A DNA stretch of 64,000 bases from Azolla caroliniana (taxonomy: Eukaryota; Plantae; Polypodiophyta): contig JBHGNT010000003.1 of assembly GCA_043228905.1 (NCBI GenBank), forward strand, positions 23,436,001-23,500,000. Direction: 5' to 3'. A model generated the notes under the pieces. The model was not told where the DNA came from, did no database searches, and worked only from the letters and a program-made list of their open reading frames with translations. The position numbers and the translations under genes were made by a program. Below, piece by piece: positions 13,784 through 27,200 of the stretch; within the stretch, counting starts at the first letter, position 1; every line of letters starts with the position of its first letter.

Positions 13784-14750
13784 TTTTTTTTTCCAAAAAA
13801 AACCTCCTTCCATTAGTTATAAAATTTTACAAATGCGACTATTATGTACAAATCCTTGTAGGGATGCGATAGTTCTATCTTATGTGGATGCCCACTCACT
13901 CAAGAAAGGGAGAGGACGACCATTGTTGGATGAAGGCTATTCGTTGTCTTTCAACTCCGTCAGAGCCGCCATTGAGGCCATCATATTGGCTCTTTAGAGT
14001 CGCTACAATTTCACTACATATCTCTTGCAGTAACCTTGTTAGATGCACGGTTTGGTTGGAGAAGACCCGTCTACACCGTTGTTTCCATAGAATCCAAAGA
14101 GTTATTGGGTTGACCAATTCCAACACAACTTGAGATTTGTCATTAAGAGGAGTTGAGTGGACATTGCTGTTGGTGGAGAAAAAAACCTCTTGTGCTTTTA
14201 TCACCAAAGTCATCCCCTCCTCCTGATGCTCGTATTTGCCAATTGGGGTTTGCCATGATAGCCAACATATATTTCCCCACTTGATTGAGCCTTGCACCTA
14301 GCATAAATGCAACCAACGGCCAACCCCCCACCATATTCGATGGGACGCTGGACAGTCCCACAAAGCGTGTCATATTGATATTACTACATTTGGGCACTCT
14401 ACACAATTAGCAGAGCTAAGGTTCCCACATTGCCATGCTCCCACCGATAGTGACTTATGTATTAATAGCCATTGGAACGTGGTAATTCGTCTCACGTGTT
14501 GTTGTTTCCAGATTTTCTGCTAAAACTTGGTGATAATTGTGTGAGGAACTTGAAATGTGTGCCAGACCTTTGCAACAACCGGCTCTCGGGCGGTTTGAGT
14601 AGCTAGAATGTGGCGACCCAATCTAGTTGTGAATTGGAAGAAAGGGATGGGTTTGCTTCCTTGCCCTGCGTAAGGATCACGCCATGTCCATTGCAAAGGG
14701 TCCCAACTGACCTTATTGTTGAGAAGCAAGCTCAACATAGTATGTGATGC
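13784..14750 (-). mobile_element. 5'-truncated LINE 3' end (zf-RVT region) with poly(A) tail
   Basis: Minus frames give KIWKQ..TTFQWLLIHKSL..CVEC..HALWDCPASHRIW and LWILWKQRCRRVFSN, typical of plant L1 ORF2 C-termini. T-run at 13784-13792 is the poly(A). Confidence 0.75.
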
Positions 14751-14906
14751 TTATTGGGAAATAAGCTATAGTAGCTATTTAGCTACTTGTGAACATAAAG
14801 GAGAAACAACTAATTAGCTACTGACAACTATTTAGCGACTGATAGCTAATTAGCTACAGGCAGCTAATTAGCTGCATATGTAAGTAACTTATTACTTAGG
14901 AATAAG

Positions 14907-16728
14907 ATGGATGATGTAAATAAAGGAAATCTTGAGAATGAGGGGCAAGCCCTATATAATAGTGCTGGAAGAGGCCGAGGAAGAGGCCATGAAAGATTTG
15001 GCTCTGCAAGAACCAACAATAATGGTTATCAAGGAAGAGGACAACAAACCATTAGAGGAAGAAACAACAACAGAGGCAGGGGGACCAACCAAGGTAGAGG
15101 TAAGCAAACATATGTAAATGATGATGGCTGTTGGTATTGTGAAAACCAGGCCACACACAGGCTGAATGTTACAAGAAGCAAAATGATGAGCAAAGAGGAA
15201 AGAGACAACAGAATAACTATGCCCAAACTAGTGAAGATTGTGAAAAAGATGGTGCATTTGTGGTACAACATGAGATAGCAGCAGTGGCTGAAAGCTCACA
15301 GAAATGTAATGAAGAGTTTACATGGTATGTAGACTCGGGGGCATCTAACCATATGACTGGACATGCAAACTGGTTTGAAAGTGTTGAGAGACAAGCTCAA
15401 CATCGGCCGGATCGGCTGAAGAAGCCGAGGACCGGATCGGTTGGGACCGATCGGTTAGGCCGAATGCGTAAACCGGTACGCAGACCGGTGCGTAGGTAGG
15501 GCCGGATCGGTGCGTAAACCGGGAGGCTGTTAGGAAAGATATTCCGTGAGGAATATATTTGGGAGTTAGTGTAGGAGCTCTTAATGAGCATTGAAGTACT
15601 GTCAGTACTTTTGTCAGTCCTTCTAGGACTTGTATAAAAGTGTTCATTGAACACACATATGTATAGAATGGTGAATAGAGATTGTTTGTTGAATATAGTT
15701 TTTGTGTTTTCTCTCTCTCACTCTCTCTGTCTCTCCCGCATATACTGTGTAAGCTCAAGCTCTCCATTAAACCTGAGTTTTCTTCCTCTTATTCGGTCTT
15801 CATACTTGCTTCCGCACGCTACTTTTTACAGAAAGGTTAAGAGAACCAGAGATTCCTGGCTATGTACAAAGAGGTGATAATAGTACTCACCAAATAGAAC
15901 ATGTTGGAGATATCCCATCGTGGAAAGAAAAAGGAAAGACTAAGTATATGTTGAATGTAATGCATGTTCCAAATCTTGCTAAGAATCTGATTTCTGTTGG
16001 ACAGATAGTAGAGCAAGGTATGCAAGTAAAGTTTAAGCAAAGTGGATGCTATATAGAAAAGAATGGGAAGCTCATTGCAAAAGGAAAATGACAAGGAAGA
16101 CTGTTTATTTTGGATGTTGACATGCCTAGACAGATTTCAGCTATGTTTGCAAATGGAATGAGTGTAGTCTCAGATGTGGAAATGTGGCATAAAAGGATTG
16201 GCCACATAAGTATGCAAACCCTAAAGAATATGTTGAGAAAAGATGTAGTGGCTGGACTGCCAAAATTGAAAAATTATGAAATGGGAAAGATATGTGGAGC
16301 ATGTCAATATGGAAAGCAAAATAGGTTGCCATTCCCTCATGAAAGACATGTAAGTAAAAATTTGTTGGATTTGGTACATACGGATGTATGGGGACCAACT
16401 AAGAATGCATCTATCGGTGGCTGCAGATTTTATCTAACTTTTATTGATGATTGCTCAAGGAAAACATGGCTGTATTTCATGAAAGAGAAAAGTGAAGTGT
16501 TTGAATGTTTTCGTAAGTTTAAATGTATGGTAGAAAAGCAGGCAGGTACAAGAATAAAATGTTTAAGATCTGATGGAGGAGGAGAGTATTTCTCCAATGA
16601 ATTTTCTGATTTTCTATGCAATCAGGGAATAAGAAGACAATTCACATGTAGATATACTCCACAACAAAATGGAGTTGCTGAGAGGAAAAACAGAACATTG
16701 GTGAACATTGCAAGGGCTTTGACAACAG
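14907..16728 (+). mobile_element. Ty1/Copia fragment (gag zinc knuckle, protease, GAG-pre-integrase, integrase), cut by the assembly gap
   Basis: RG-rich gag with CWYC knuckle, WYVDSGASNHMTG protease, WHKRIGH, HTDVWGP, FIDDCSRKTW, LRSDGGGEY, TPQQNGVAERKNR. Frameshift and stop present. Confidence 0.92.
15382..15830. mobile_element. Solo LTR (449 bp) inserted in the Copia protease region
   Basis: TGTTG...TTACA termini, perfect GAAAG target-site duplication (15377-15381 and 15831-15835), TATAAAA at about 15633. The Copia frame resumes after it (ERLREPEIPGYVQ). Confidence 0.9.
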
Positions 16729-16828
16729 NNNNNNNNNNNNNNNNNNNNNNNNNNNNNNNNNNNNNNNNNNNNNNNNNNNNNNNNNNNNNNNNNNNNNNNN
16801 NNNNNNNNNNNNNNNNNNNNNNNNNNNN
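16729..16828. other. Assembly gap (100 N)
   Basis: Exactly 100 N. The flanks belong to different Copia elements in opposite orientation. Confidence 0.99.
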
Positions 16829-19800
16829 ACTCCACTTGAGTGGATAGACCCAACAATTCTCCCCCTCCATCATCTCAAGTGGGGGGCACAACTAGGTTTG
16901 CCTTTTGTTTGCAAACTTCAAGCTTCTCCCTTGACAAACATTTTGCCATCATGTCGGAACCATTCTCATTTGTGAAAATCTTTTCAATTTGCATTTGCTT
17001 TTCTTCAAGCACATCTCTAATCCAATGGTATCTAACATCTATGTGTTTTGACTTAGAATGAAAGGAAGAATTCTTACTTAAATGTATAACACTTTGGCTG
17101 TCACAATACAGAATGTATCTTTCTTGAATCAACCCCAACTCTTGTAGGAATTTCTTTAGCCATAGCAATTCCTTACTAGCTTCTGTGGCAGCAATATATT
17201 CAGCCTCCGTTGTGGATAATGCCATGCATTTTTGCAGCCTTGACTGCCAAGAGACAGCTCCCCCTGCAAAGATCATTAGGTAACCAGATGTAGACTTTCT
17301 GGAGTGAACATCACCAGCCATATTGGCATCTGTAGATCCATCTAATATAGTTTGGTTCTCACCAAAATTTAGACAAACTCTTGAGGTACCCCTCAGATAT
17401 TGCAGGATCCATTTCATTGCTTCCCAATGATCTTTTCCAGGGTTCGAGAGAAAACGGCTTACTACACCAACTGCGTGAGCAATGTTCGGCCTCGTGCATA
17501 CCATAGTATACATTAATCTATCGACTGTAGAGGCATATGGTATTTGTTTCATTCCTTCTTGCTCTTCATCACTTGTAGGGTATTGAGCTAAGCTATGTTT
17601 AAAGTGGCCCACGAGTGGAGTGTTGACCGGCTTGCTCTTAGCCATGTTGAATCTCTCAAGTACCTTCTCAATGTACTTTTCTTGAGACAACCAAAGTCTT
17701 TTGCTTGCCCTGTCCTTGGTTATCTTCATCCCAAGGATTTGCTTGGCTGGTCCCAAGTCTTTCATGGCAAAAGATTTGCTGAGTTCCTTTTTCAGCTTCT
17801 CAATCTTGTTGGTGTCTTGACCAATGATTAACATATCATCAACATACAAGAGCAAAATGACAAAATCCCCATCTGGAAATTTCTTAACAAACACACAATG
17901 GTCTGTGTTTGTTCTATTATACCCATGGTTCAACATAAAGGAGTCAAACTTTTTGTACCAAAGTCTAGGAGCTTGTTTTAGGCCATACAAGCTCTTCTTT
18001 AACTTGCATACCAGGTTTTCCTTACCTTTGACTTCAAATCCTTCGGGTTGATCCATGTAAATCTCTTCTTCCAAATCGCCATGGAGGAAGGTGGTTTTTA
18101 CATTGAGTTGCTCGATTTCAAGGTCGAGACTGGCTGCGATCCCAAGTACAACTCCGATCGAGGACATCTTCACCACTCGTGAGAAAATCTCCTCGAAATC
18201 AATTCCCTTTTCTTGGTTGAACCCCTTCACAATCAATCTTTCCTTGTATCTTGGCTGTGAGCAATGTTCCTCAGTCTTGATCCTGTAAACCCATTTGTTT
18301 TTCAGCGCTCTCTTGCCCTTAGGCAGCTTTACAAGATCATAAGTGTGATTGACTTGCAAAGACTTCATCTCATCATTCACGGCATCAAGCCATTCCTCCT
18401 TATGATCATTTGCCATAGCTTCGCTAAAGCTTTCTGGCTCTCCTCCATCTGAAAGCATCACATATTCATGTGGGTTGTATCTAGTAGAAGGTCTTCTTTG
18501 TCTCATAGACCTTCTAACCTCTTCCGCTTCCGGAGGAGCTGCTGAAATGTCACCTTGAGTATGATGGTCATGATTCTGCCCATCATTAGTCATATCATCA
18601 TACTCCTCGGTATCTCCCCCATGACCTTGTGTGTTTAGGGCAGGCATTGGGTGTTCGGTGACTGAAAAATCAGGGGTGAGATCCAACATTTCATTCAGCT
18701 CCAGATCTTGTAAGGTCTGATCCTCAAGGAATACCACATCCCCGCTTCTAATGACCTTCTTCTCTACTGGGTCATAAAGTCTATAGCCGAATTCCTCATG
18801 GCCGTATCCCAAAAATATGCATGGTTTGCTTTTGTCATCAAGCTTGGATCTTTCATCTTTTGGGATGTGGACATAAGCCTTGCAACCAAACACTCTTAAG
18901 TGTTTGTATGACACCTCCTTACCTGTCCAAACCCTCTCAAGTACATCACCATCCAAAGGGATTGACGGGGACAGATTTATGAGGTCAACGACAGTCCTCA
19001 TTGCCTCACCCCAAAAAGATTTCGGTAATTTTGAGTGGGATAGCATGCATCTTATCTGATAATAGATTGTCCTATTCATCCTCTCAGCCACGCCATTGTG
19101 CTGAGGTGTTTTTGGGACACTTCTCTCTAGTCTAATACCATGCTCACAACAATATTCCTCAAATCGTCCCTGATATTCACCGCCGTTATCGGAACAGATA
19201 CATTTCAGCTTTCTTCCTGTTTCTCTTTCCACACTTACATGAAAATTCCTAAAGATTTCAAACACTTGATCTTTAGTCTTTAATGCAAAGCACCACAACT
19301 TCCTCGAGAAGTCATCAATAAACGTGGCAAAGTACAATGCTCCCCCAAGAGTTCTATCTTTCATATAGCACAAGTCTGTGTGCACCAATTCCAATGGCTG
19401 AAATTTTCTTATGGGGGGCAGGTGCTGAAAGGCAACTCTGTGTTGTTTGCTAGCCAAGCAATCAACACAAGTTTCTAAGTGCATACCTCTTATCTCAGGT
19501 AGGATGTTCTTTCTAGCTAGCACCTGGAGTCCTTTTGGACTCTTGTGCCCAAGTCTCTTGTGCCACAATTCAATAGGGACTTCCTTATCGGCTACATTCA
19601 CCTCTCCACTAGACACCATAACATGCATTACATAGAGGGAATTCTCTTTTAGGCATCTTGCTAATACTAGCGAGCCTTTGATGAGCTTCCATTTTCCTTC
19701 ACCGAAGGAATTTGTGTAACCCTCATCATCAAGCTTACCGGCTGAAATAATATTCAGCCAAATGTCCGATACATGCCTAACATCATTTAATACTAGTTTG

Positions 19801-21460
19801 CAAGCCGTGTTCGTGGTTAGAATTATATTTCCTATGCCAACAACCTCTATTATGCGGTGGTTAGCCATTTTGACTTTGCCAAAGTCACCACCGGCATATG
19901 ACGAGAACATCTCTCGGTATGGAGTAATGTGATACGAGGCTCCCGAGTCAATAATCCAATCAATTTGTTGGCATGCTAAGCTAACACACGCGTCATCACA
20001 AGCAATGACAATGTCGCCATCACAAGTGGCTGTAGTGGGGTCATTGCTCTTATTATCGGTGGTTCCTTTCTTTTGGTCTTTCTTTTTCTTCCAACAATCT
20101 CTCTCAAAATGGTTTGGACCACCACAATAACGACATGAAAAATCTTTCTTGAAGTCTTTTCTACTTCTAGACTTTGACCTCCCCTTAGAATTATTTCTAT
20201 GATTTTGTGGACCCCTAGCATGGCTTCTTCCTCCAGAGGAGTTGTTTTCTATGATTAAGGCTTTATAGTCAAAGTTGGACTCATGCTCCTTTCGTCGTGC
20301 TTCTTCATGTAGAAGATTCGACTTAAGCATGTCCAATTTTAGGTCCTTTTGTTGCGTTGCAGTCCCAAACGTCACAACAAGGGTTCCCAACTATCTGGGA
20401 GAGAGCCTAACAATAACAAGGTCAACACCTCATTTGCTAGAGGTATATCTAGAGAGACAGTTTGACTTATAAGTCCTTGAAACATATTAAGATGCTCTGC
20501 CATACTAGAGCCATCTTGATGCCTAAGTCTTACAAGTTTCCTAAACACAGAGACTCTATTCAAAGCATTTTTGGTCTGAAACATACTCTCGATTTTTCTC
20601 CATAACTCGTTTGCTTTAATTTCATCACAGAAATTGTTATATAGACTTATGTCTATGAAACATCGAATGTATGCATATGACTTTAGATGCATGGCATCCC
20701 AGGTTAATGTATATATGTTCTCGGGTTTGCTCGTACCATGTAGTACAGGCAACCACATGTCCTTACATACCAACATGTCCCTCATTTTGGACTTCCAAAT
20801 GGGGTAGTTGGATCTCATAAATTTAATCATCTCCCCTAATGATTTATCCATATTCCAAGTCTTTGTGGAGGTATGAACCTCGCTCTGATATCACTTGTTG
20901 GGAATATGGAGTGGAATTGGAATGATTAAAATTTCAAACACAATTAACACTTAATAAACAATAGATGAAACCACAAGACGAAAATGAGAGAATACACCGA
21001 GATTTAACGTGGAAAACCCAAAATTGGGAAAAACCACGGGAACCTTAGGTTTTGAAACAAATTCACTATTTTCTGAGTATACAAAGGTGTTGACAGCCTC
21101 TAGAGCTTACTCTAGAGATATGCAGATATATTTCAAGGCTACCACCTTGGATACAATATTCACCCTACCAGATAAGATAAACAACAAAAAAAACCAAAAA
21201 CACAGAACAAATAAACCTGTTACAAGTGGACAGAAGAGTTGTTGTGACTCTTTTGGTAGTCCAGACAACACCTCGCTAGATCTCCGCCTTTACATTTGCA
21301 AAGAGTTCTCGCTCTCGATCACCATGTTCTTGAGCTCTCACACTTGTTTCTGTTTTCTTGCAGAAGCTTTGTTGTGTTTTTCTCACACACCTCTTCTCGA
21401 ATCTCTATTTTTCCAGCCTTAGTTCTATTCACTCATGTGCAGTTTTTCTCTGTAACACGA
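16829..21460 (-). mobile_element. Ty1/Copia LTR retrotransposon (Tnt1-like), near intact. 5' LTR interrupted by Gypsy at 21461. 3' LTR starts at 16855 and runs into the gap.
   Basis: LTR end CAACA at 20896, then a tRNA-iMet-type PBS (TGATATCAGAGC). PPT GGAGGGGGAGAAT precedes TGTTGGG at 16855. gag-pol ORFs lie between. Confidence 0.95.
16875..20851 (-). CDS. Copia gag-pol polyprotein (gag 20851-20372, frameshift, then 1171-aa ORF with CCHC, PR, INT, RT, RH)
   Basis: CRYCGGPNHFERDC, WIIDSGASYH, WHKRLGH, HTDLC, PQHNGVAER, KKSLYGLKQAPR, LYVDDM, ALSTTEAEYIA, YCDSQS, KHIDVRYH. Confidence 0.93.
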
Positions 21461-24244
21461 TGTCATGGAGAAAACTATCCCTAAGAGGTATCGGCGGATA
21501 GTGTGCGTGAATTAGCGTTACATACGAGTACATGTTTTGATATATTACATACATATTTAAGTATAGGCCGGCGATGTAATTATCCTAGGTAGCACTAGCT
21601 CATTAAGTAAGGAATCGAAGAGGATCTCTGTCCGGAAGGATAGAGAATAACAATGATTTAACAGTCTTAAAATGGCTCTCTCTCCTTGTGCTATAAAAAA
21701 GAGGGGGAGGGCATGGTAGAGAGGACGAAGTGTTGTCGGACTGGGAACCGAGCTCTCTCCTCCACCATAGTTGTTGCAGGGATTTTGGGTTAGGGGGGCT
21801 GCCTCTGCTGCGTGAAAGCCGCGTGCTTCCGGTAGAACCTCCACCACGTATTTCAGCGCGTGTGGAGTCTGTGTAGAGTCTGTCACCGGCTTGTCGGTTG
21901 TAACATTGCAAGTTGTAATCTACATTGTTATTGGAATTGTTTGTCTCGCTTCTGTCTCTCTGTGTTTTCTTTGAGTCTCTCTCCCTCTCGTCTCTCACGC
22001 TCCTGGGTTTAGGACCCTCGCGGTCCCGCCTTACTTCATACGTGAAAGCGAAACAACACGACATATTTGGTGAACCCAACGTGAATCCAGGCGGTAGAGG
22101 AGTCGAAGATGAGGGGGTCGGAGCTCGCCGAAGCCATGGCGGGAGCTGTGGATTGGATAGTAACTGCACGAGAGGGCACAAGCGCCCTCGACAGGGCCAC
22201 TGAAGCAATTGTCGGTACGATAAGCCGATTCGGTGTGAAAGACGCCACGAGCTATTTGGTGGCCTACCGGGCCGAGATGGTGATGAGAGACATTCCGGAG
22301 GATAGGCGTCTGGCCGGGTTCCCTCGGGTGGCGACACGAAGCATCCACGCAGAGGTGCTCGAGGTACAAGCTGGATGCCGGACCTGGGGAGAATTTGAAG
22401 CACGACTTCTCGAGAGGTACGGTCTTGATGATGCGATTCGGTTATCGAAGCGAGACTTCACTGACTGGGTGGAAACCCCCGAGAAGTGAAGGAATTCGTC
22501 GGCGCTCCTCTGGGAGTTCAAAGATCGCTTCGCACGGCTCTCAACACTAGACAGGACCGTGCTGGACACAAGCCCTGTCTTGTTGTTTGTCAAATCAGTG
22601 GACGTGCGGGATAGGGGCCCAGTGGGTCTCTTGCTGGAGATAGATGATGGGCCGACGACCGACTGGGCCGTGGTCAAAGGGGTTTGCAGCTGCTTCGACA
22701 AACGGCGAGAGTGGGGTGACGAGAAGTCGTCGTCGTCAGGACCCACCCCGGCAAGGAAGTTAGACGAGCCTTCGCCGGCACGAAGGGATGAAACCCGACA
22801 TTGGATTGAAACTGGCCCATCGTCGACTAGAGCGGTCAATGGCCCATCTGGGGGAGCGGCTCTTGAGGAGTTGACACAAATGGTGTGCGACCTGCAGATC
22901 GCGCAAGCCCGGAGTGACAGTGGAGGGCAGTCACGCGACCGAAAGCCACCGGCTGGGCAACGGTGTATGTGGTGCGACGCGGTCGGGCATAGCCAACGAG
23001 ACTAGGTGGAGTTTGCCGAAGCCCTTAGGGGTAATGTGGTGTACCTATGGAACGGTATGGAACGGACCGGTGCACGTTGGTGATACTTGGAGAGCCGTGG
23101 AGACAAATTTCGAGCGTGACGGGATGAAGTTGCTAATGGAAGAAGCTGAGGTGCGCCATGCGGAGGCGGTCCATTATTTGGCATTGCCGGAGTCCGGGTG
23201 GGAGGTGACGAAGACCGGAAAACGAAGGACTTTGGCTTCTGGCCCTCGGTGCAAGAAGGCCTCTCCAGCGCACGACTGAAGAAGGAGGAAGCGAGCCGCG
23301 CAGAGCAGCGGGTGCGGGAGGTCACTGAATGGGACGATACAGTTGAGGAGAAGATCGGTCTCGTGGAAGCTGCGTGCCAGAACTACGAGGTTCTAGTGGC
23401 CAGGCCTTCACAACGGTATGAGACCCGGTTCAGGTAGAAGCAAAACGATGCCGCTAACCTCGGCGCACCAGACAAAACGAAGCGGGCTGGGTACCGGCTG
23501 AGCACGGAGATCGAGAGGTCAACGAACCTGCAGAAGATCCTCGAAGAATGGATCCTTAACAACAAGTTGGAGCTGTCGCTGAGGGAGGTTCTCGGGATCG
23601 CCAAGAAGGAGTTCCACGATTCCATCGTGGACTTCGTGAAGCGGAAACGACTCTCGACGGAGCCGGAACCAGAGAAGCCGGTGGAGGTGCGAACCACGCA
23701 CCTGGAGGACATGGCCCTGGAAGACGAGTTGGTGGAAAGCCACTATTCAAGGTCACACTAGGCCAGGGCCACTACAGAGACCCCTGTTCGGATCGGGGAC
23801 GTCCAGGATCCTGTGGTGGCATTGATAGACCACGGCTTAGAGATCAACCTAATGTCCATGGACTTCTATAGAAAGGGGAAGTGGTCGATCAACACCAAGC
23901 ACGGCTGGAAAATACACGCGGCGACCCGCGCTACGGAGGAGTTGCACGTGGCGTGCCCGAATGTACGTGTCAAGATCGGCTACGTTGAGATTGTTCATCA
24001 CTTTTTCGTGCAGTAGACGTACTCGCACTCGATGATACTCGACGAGCCATACATTACGACGGTGCGTATGGAGACAAGGGTGCGGGATAACGGTTCGACA
24101 TACGCGCGCGTAAAGAGCCAAGATGGACGGACGACACTCCGTCCAATTCCTGACCATACAACCGAACCATGAACGGAACTGTGAAACCCTCGGTAGTGGC
24201 GAATGAGGGGATTTTTAGAGAGGGCTATCAAGGCGTGGGTCTGC

Positions 24245-27200
24245 TGTCGTGAAGAATTTTGGCTAGAGGCGGAAACCGGGAAACATTGGCTACATCGGCG
24301 GGGTGCAGCGTGTGTACGCACCCATGTACATTTAGTGTGAATATCGAGGGCGCCTTTATGGCGCCGAAGAGTAGTTAGGACCAGGCAGACGATCCCATGG
24401 AAGGCGGGATTTGTCCCACATTGTAACACATCCCCTTCCTTGTTCTATAAAAGGAAGGGAACGCCCTTTGGAAAAAGGGTTGCCCATTTTGCAGTAGAGG
24501 GTATACCGTTAGGTTTAGAGTTAGGTTCTTCTTCTTCTCCTTCTTCGTGTTTCACTTAGGGTTTGCTTTGGTTCGACCTCCTGTGCAAGACCCCGCTCGG
24601 CGCGACGAGCTGAGAGCTCCCCGACGGCGGCTTGGCAGCATACGACGACTGTAACCCACCTCAGTCCGGCTCGAAGCCGGGAATGTATTCTTCGTATATA
24701 TATACATACATATACGTTTATGTTTGTCTGTGTATATTCGCGTCGTCGTTGGCGTCGGGTGCTTACCCTCTCCTGCGTTTTCTGTACATAAGGCGTGAGT
24801 CGGGTTGAGCCGCACGTGCGTGCGTGTGTGTGTGTACGTGAGTTGGTGTTAAGCACGCTCTCTCTCTCTCTCTCTCTCTCTCCCTTCGGTTGCTTCCGGT
24901 GTGTTTCTGGGATGCCCCAGAAACAGTGAAGCACGACTCCCTACGCTCCATCACTCTCTCGTCCAAGATCCCCGTGGTCCCGCCTTTCTCCACGCACGCG
25001 CGTAACAACGCGACATATTTGGTGAACCCGACGTGAAAGGCGGCAAGGGAGGATGGAGTCGGAAGACGACGACCTTGCGGAGATGGTGGCCGAAGTGGTG
25101 TTGGAGTCGGCACGAGTGGTGATGAGGCGAGAAGCAGCGCAACAAGCGGTTGAGCGAGTGGTCGAAAGAGTCGGCCGTTTCAACGGGGACAAAGTCCCAT
25201 CTTACTTGGAAGCCTTCAACGCGGAAATGGAGGGGCGTGGCGTAGACGAGGCGTTGAGGCTGGAGTTCTTCTGTCGGGTCGTAGCGGTCCGGATGCATGC
25301 GGAAGTAAAGGAGCTCCGTGAGGCTCATGGTTCGTGGGAGGCCTTCGAAGAGGCGCTCCTGAAGGCATATGGAGGACGGCGGAAGAGCCGGGGGCGACAC
25401 GACTTCGACCAATGGGTAGCATCGGCAAAGACCCACCGGGGCACGACGAAGGCGTTCCGAGAGTTCGAGCGACACCTTGCTCGGCTCCCGGAGCGGGAAC
25501 AAGGTTTGGTGGGGGCGGACAAAGTCCTTTTGTTCGTCAGGTCGATTGACCGAGCGGAACGGGAAGCCATCGGGATTGAGCTCGAAGATGATGATGGAGC
25601 GAATGGGCTTACGGAGGACTGGGCGAAGGTCGAAAGTGTGTGCCAACGGCTAGTCAACGAGCGAGCTGAGAAGGCTAAGAGGAAGGTACACGACGGCGTG
25701 CCATCACAACGGGAAGAGGCCGAACGGAAAAGGGAGTTGGCAAGGATCGGCGTTGGGGCCAGGATTGCGGAAGCGTACCCAGCTCTCAAAGCGATGCTCG
25801 AGGAAGAGGGAAGATCAAGGCCGGAAGCCAAGACCAAGGAGACGGACTTGCCCCACGCGACGACGGAAGATTGGTACGACGGTACCACGGGAGAGGGTGC
25901 GGAACATAACGCCCTCTCGACTTGCGGAGATAGAACGGCCAAGGACGAGGCCGAGATACCGATCGCAGAACCGGAACGTTGGGACCAGCGGTTTCGGGTG
26001 TGTCAACCCGAGATCCCGGTCATTGGAGAAGCAAGCCCAGACGGGGCTTGCGCGATCGGTAAGAAGACGACCGCCGACCACGGAGAGCCGGTGGCTACGA
26101 ACAAAAGCGTAAAACGGACGGGCGATTCTTTGTGCCTTCCCACACTTGCTCACGAGACGTTGGCAGTCGGGCCCGAGTGCCCACGTAAGTCCCAAGCGGA
26201 GGAAGGCGGCGGTGATGGACCAAGAATCACCGGCGAAACGATACGGGGAAGGAACAGACGAAAGCCCACGGACCCGATTCCGGAGAACTCGGCATTCGGG
26301 CCCGTATGCCCATGTAAGACCGAGGAGATGGATGGCGGTACCGAGGAGTCCTGGCACGATGCCAACGAAGTCGGATGGGAAACGGCCTGCGAGGAGGCCG
26401 AGGACGGACACGGCACGAGGGGATCGGCATTCCGATGCGGATGGAGCAGAATCCGGTCGTGGATCGTTCGATCGGGGCCGGATTCGGCATGAAGGTGCCG
26501 ATACGGGAGAGGGTGCGGGACGAGCCGCCCTCTTTCACATGGGGAGAAAGACCGACCGGGCGAAGGCCGAGAGTTGGAAAGAGAATGAAGCCGGTCCTAT
26601 GGGATTCCTTACACCGATCCAGCTGCAGGCCGAGTGCCGGCGTGAGTACTATAAGAGAAGACGGTGGCGACAGGAGAACGGGACTCGGCAATCGGAGAAG
26701 GACGAATACACCCGGACGAGAGCCGGGCGGAGCGGACTCCCAGATGACCATTCCGGGAGGGAGGAAGAGAGCTAGCCTACGAAGAGGTCGAGGACACGGT
26801 ACGTCGGTACCACGGGAGAGGGTGCGGAGAAAACCGCCCTCTCGGCATGCGGAAAAGGACGACCCGGGACAGGGTCAAGAAGGCGACGAAGGTCTACGGA
26901 GGATCCTTCACACCGGTTCTAGAGACTTCGGCGGTCGGCAACGCGGCCGATGTAAGACCAAGATACTGACGGTGGCGGCGAGGTGACGAAGGCAAGGGCT
27001 ACGGATGGGCGGTCTACGGAGGATCCTTCACACCGGTTCTAGAGACTTCGGCGGTTGGCAACGGGGCCGACGTAAGACCAAGATACTGACGGTGGCGGCG
27101 AAGTGACGAAGACAATGGGCGTAAGGAAGTCCGGTCCAATGAGGATCCCCACACTTAACCAGAGAGTCCGGTAGTTCGGCCAACGTGGCAACATGAGACC

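Noticed and set aside
16110-20390. One continuous or inverted-repeat element across the gap
   Set aside because: The two sides are different Copia families in opposite orientation, separated by a 100-N gap of unknown true size.
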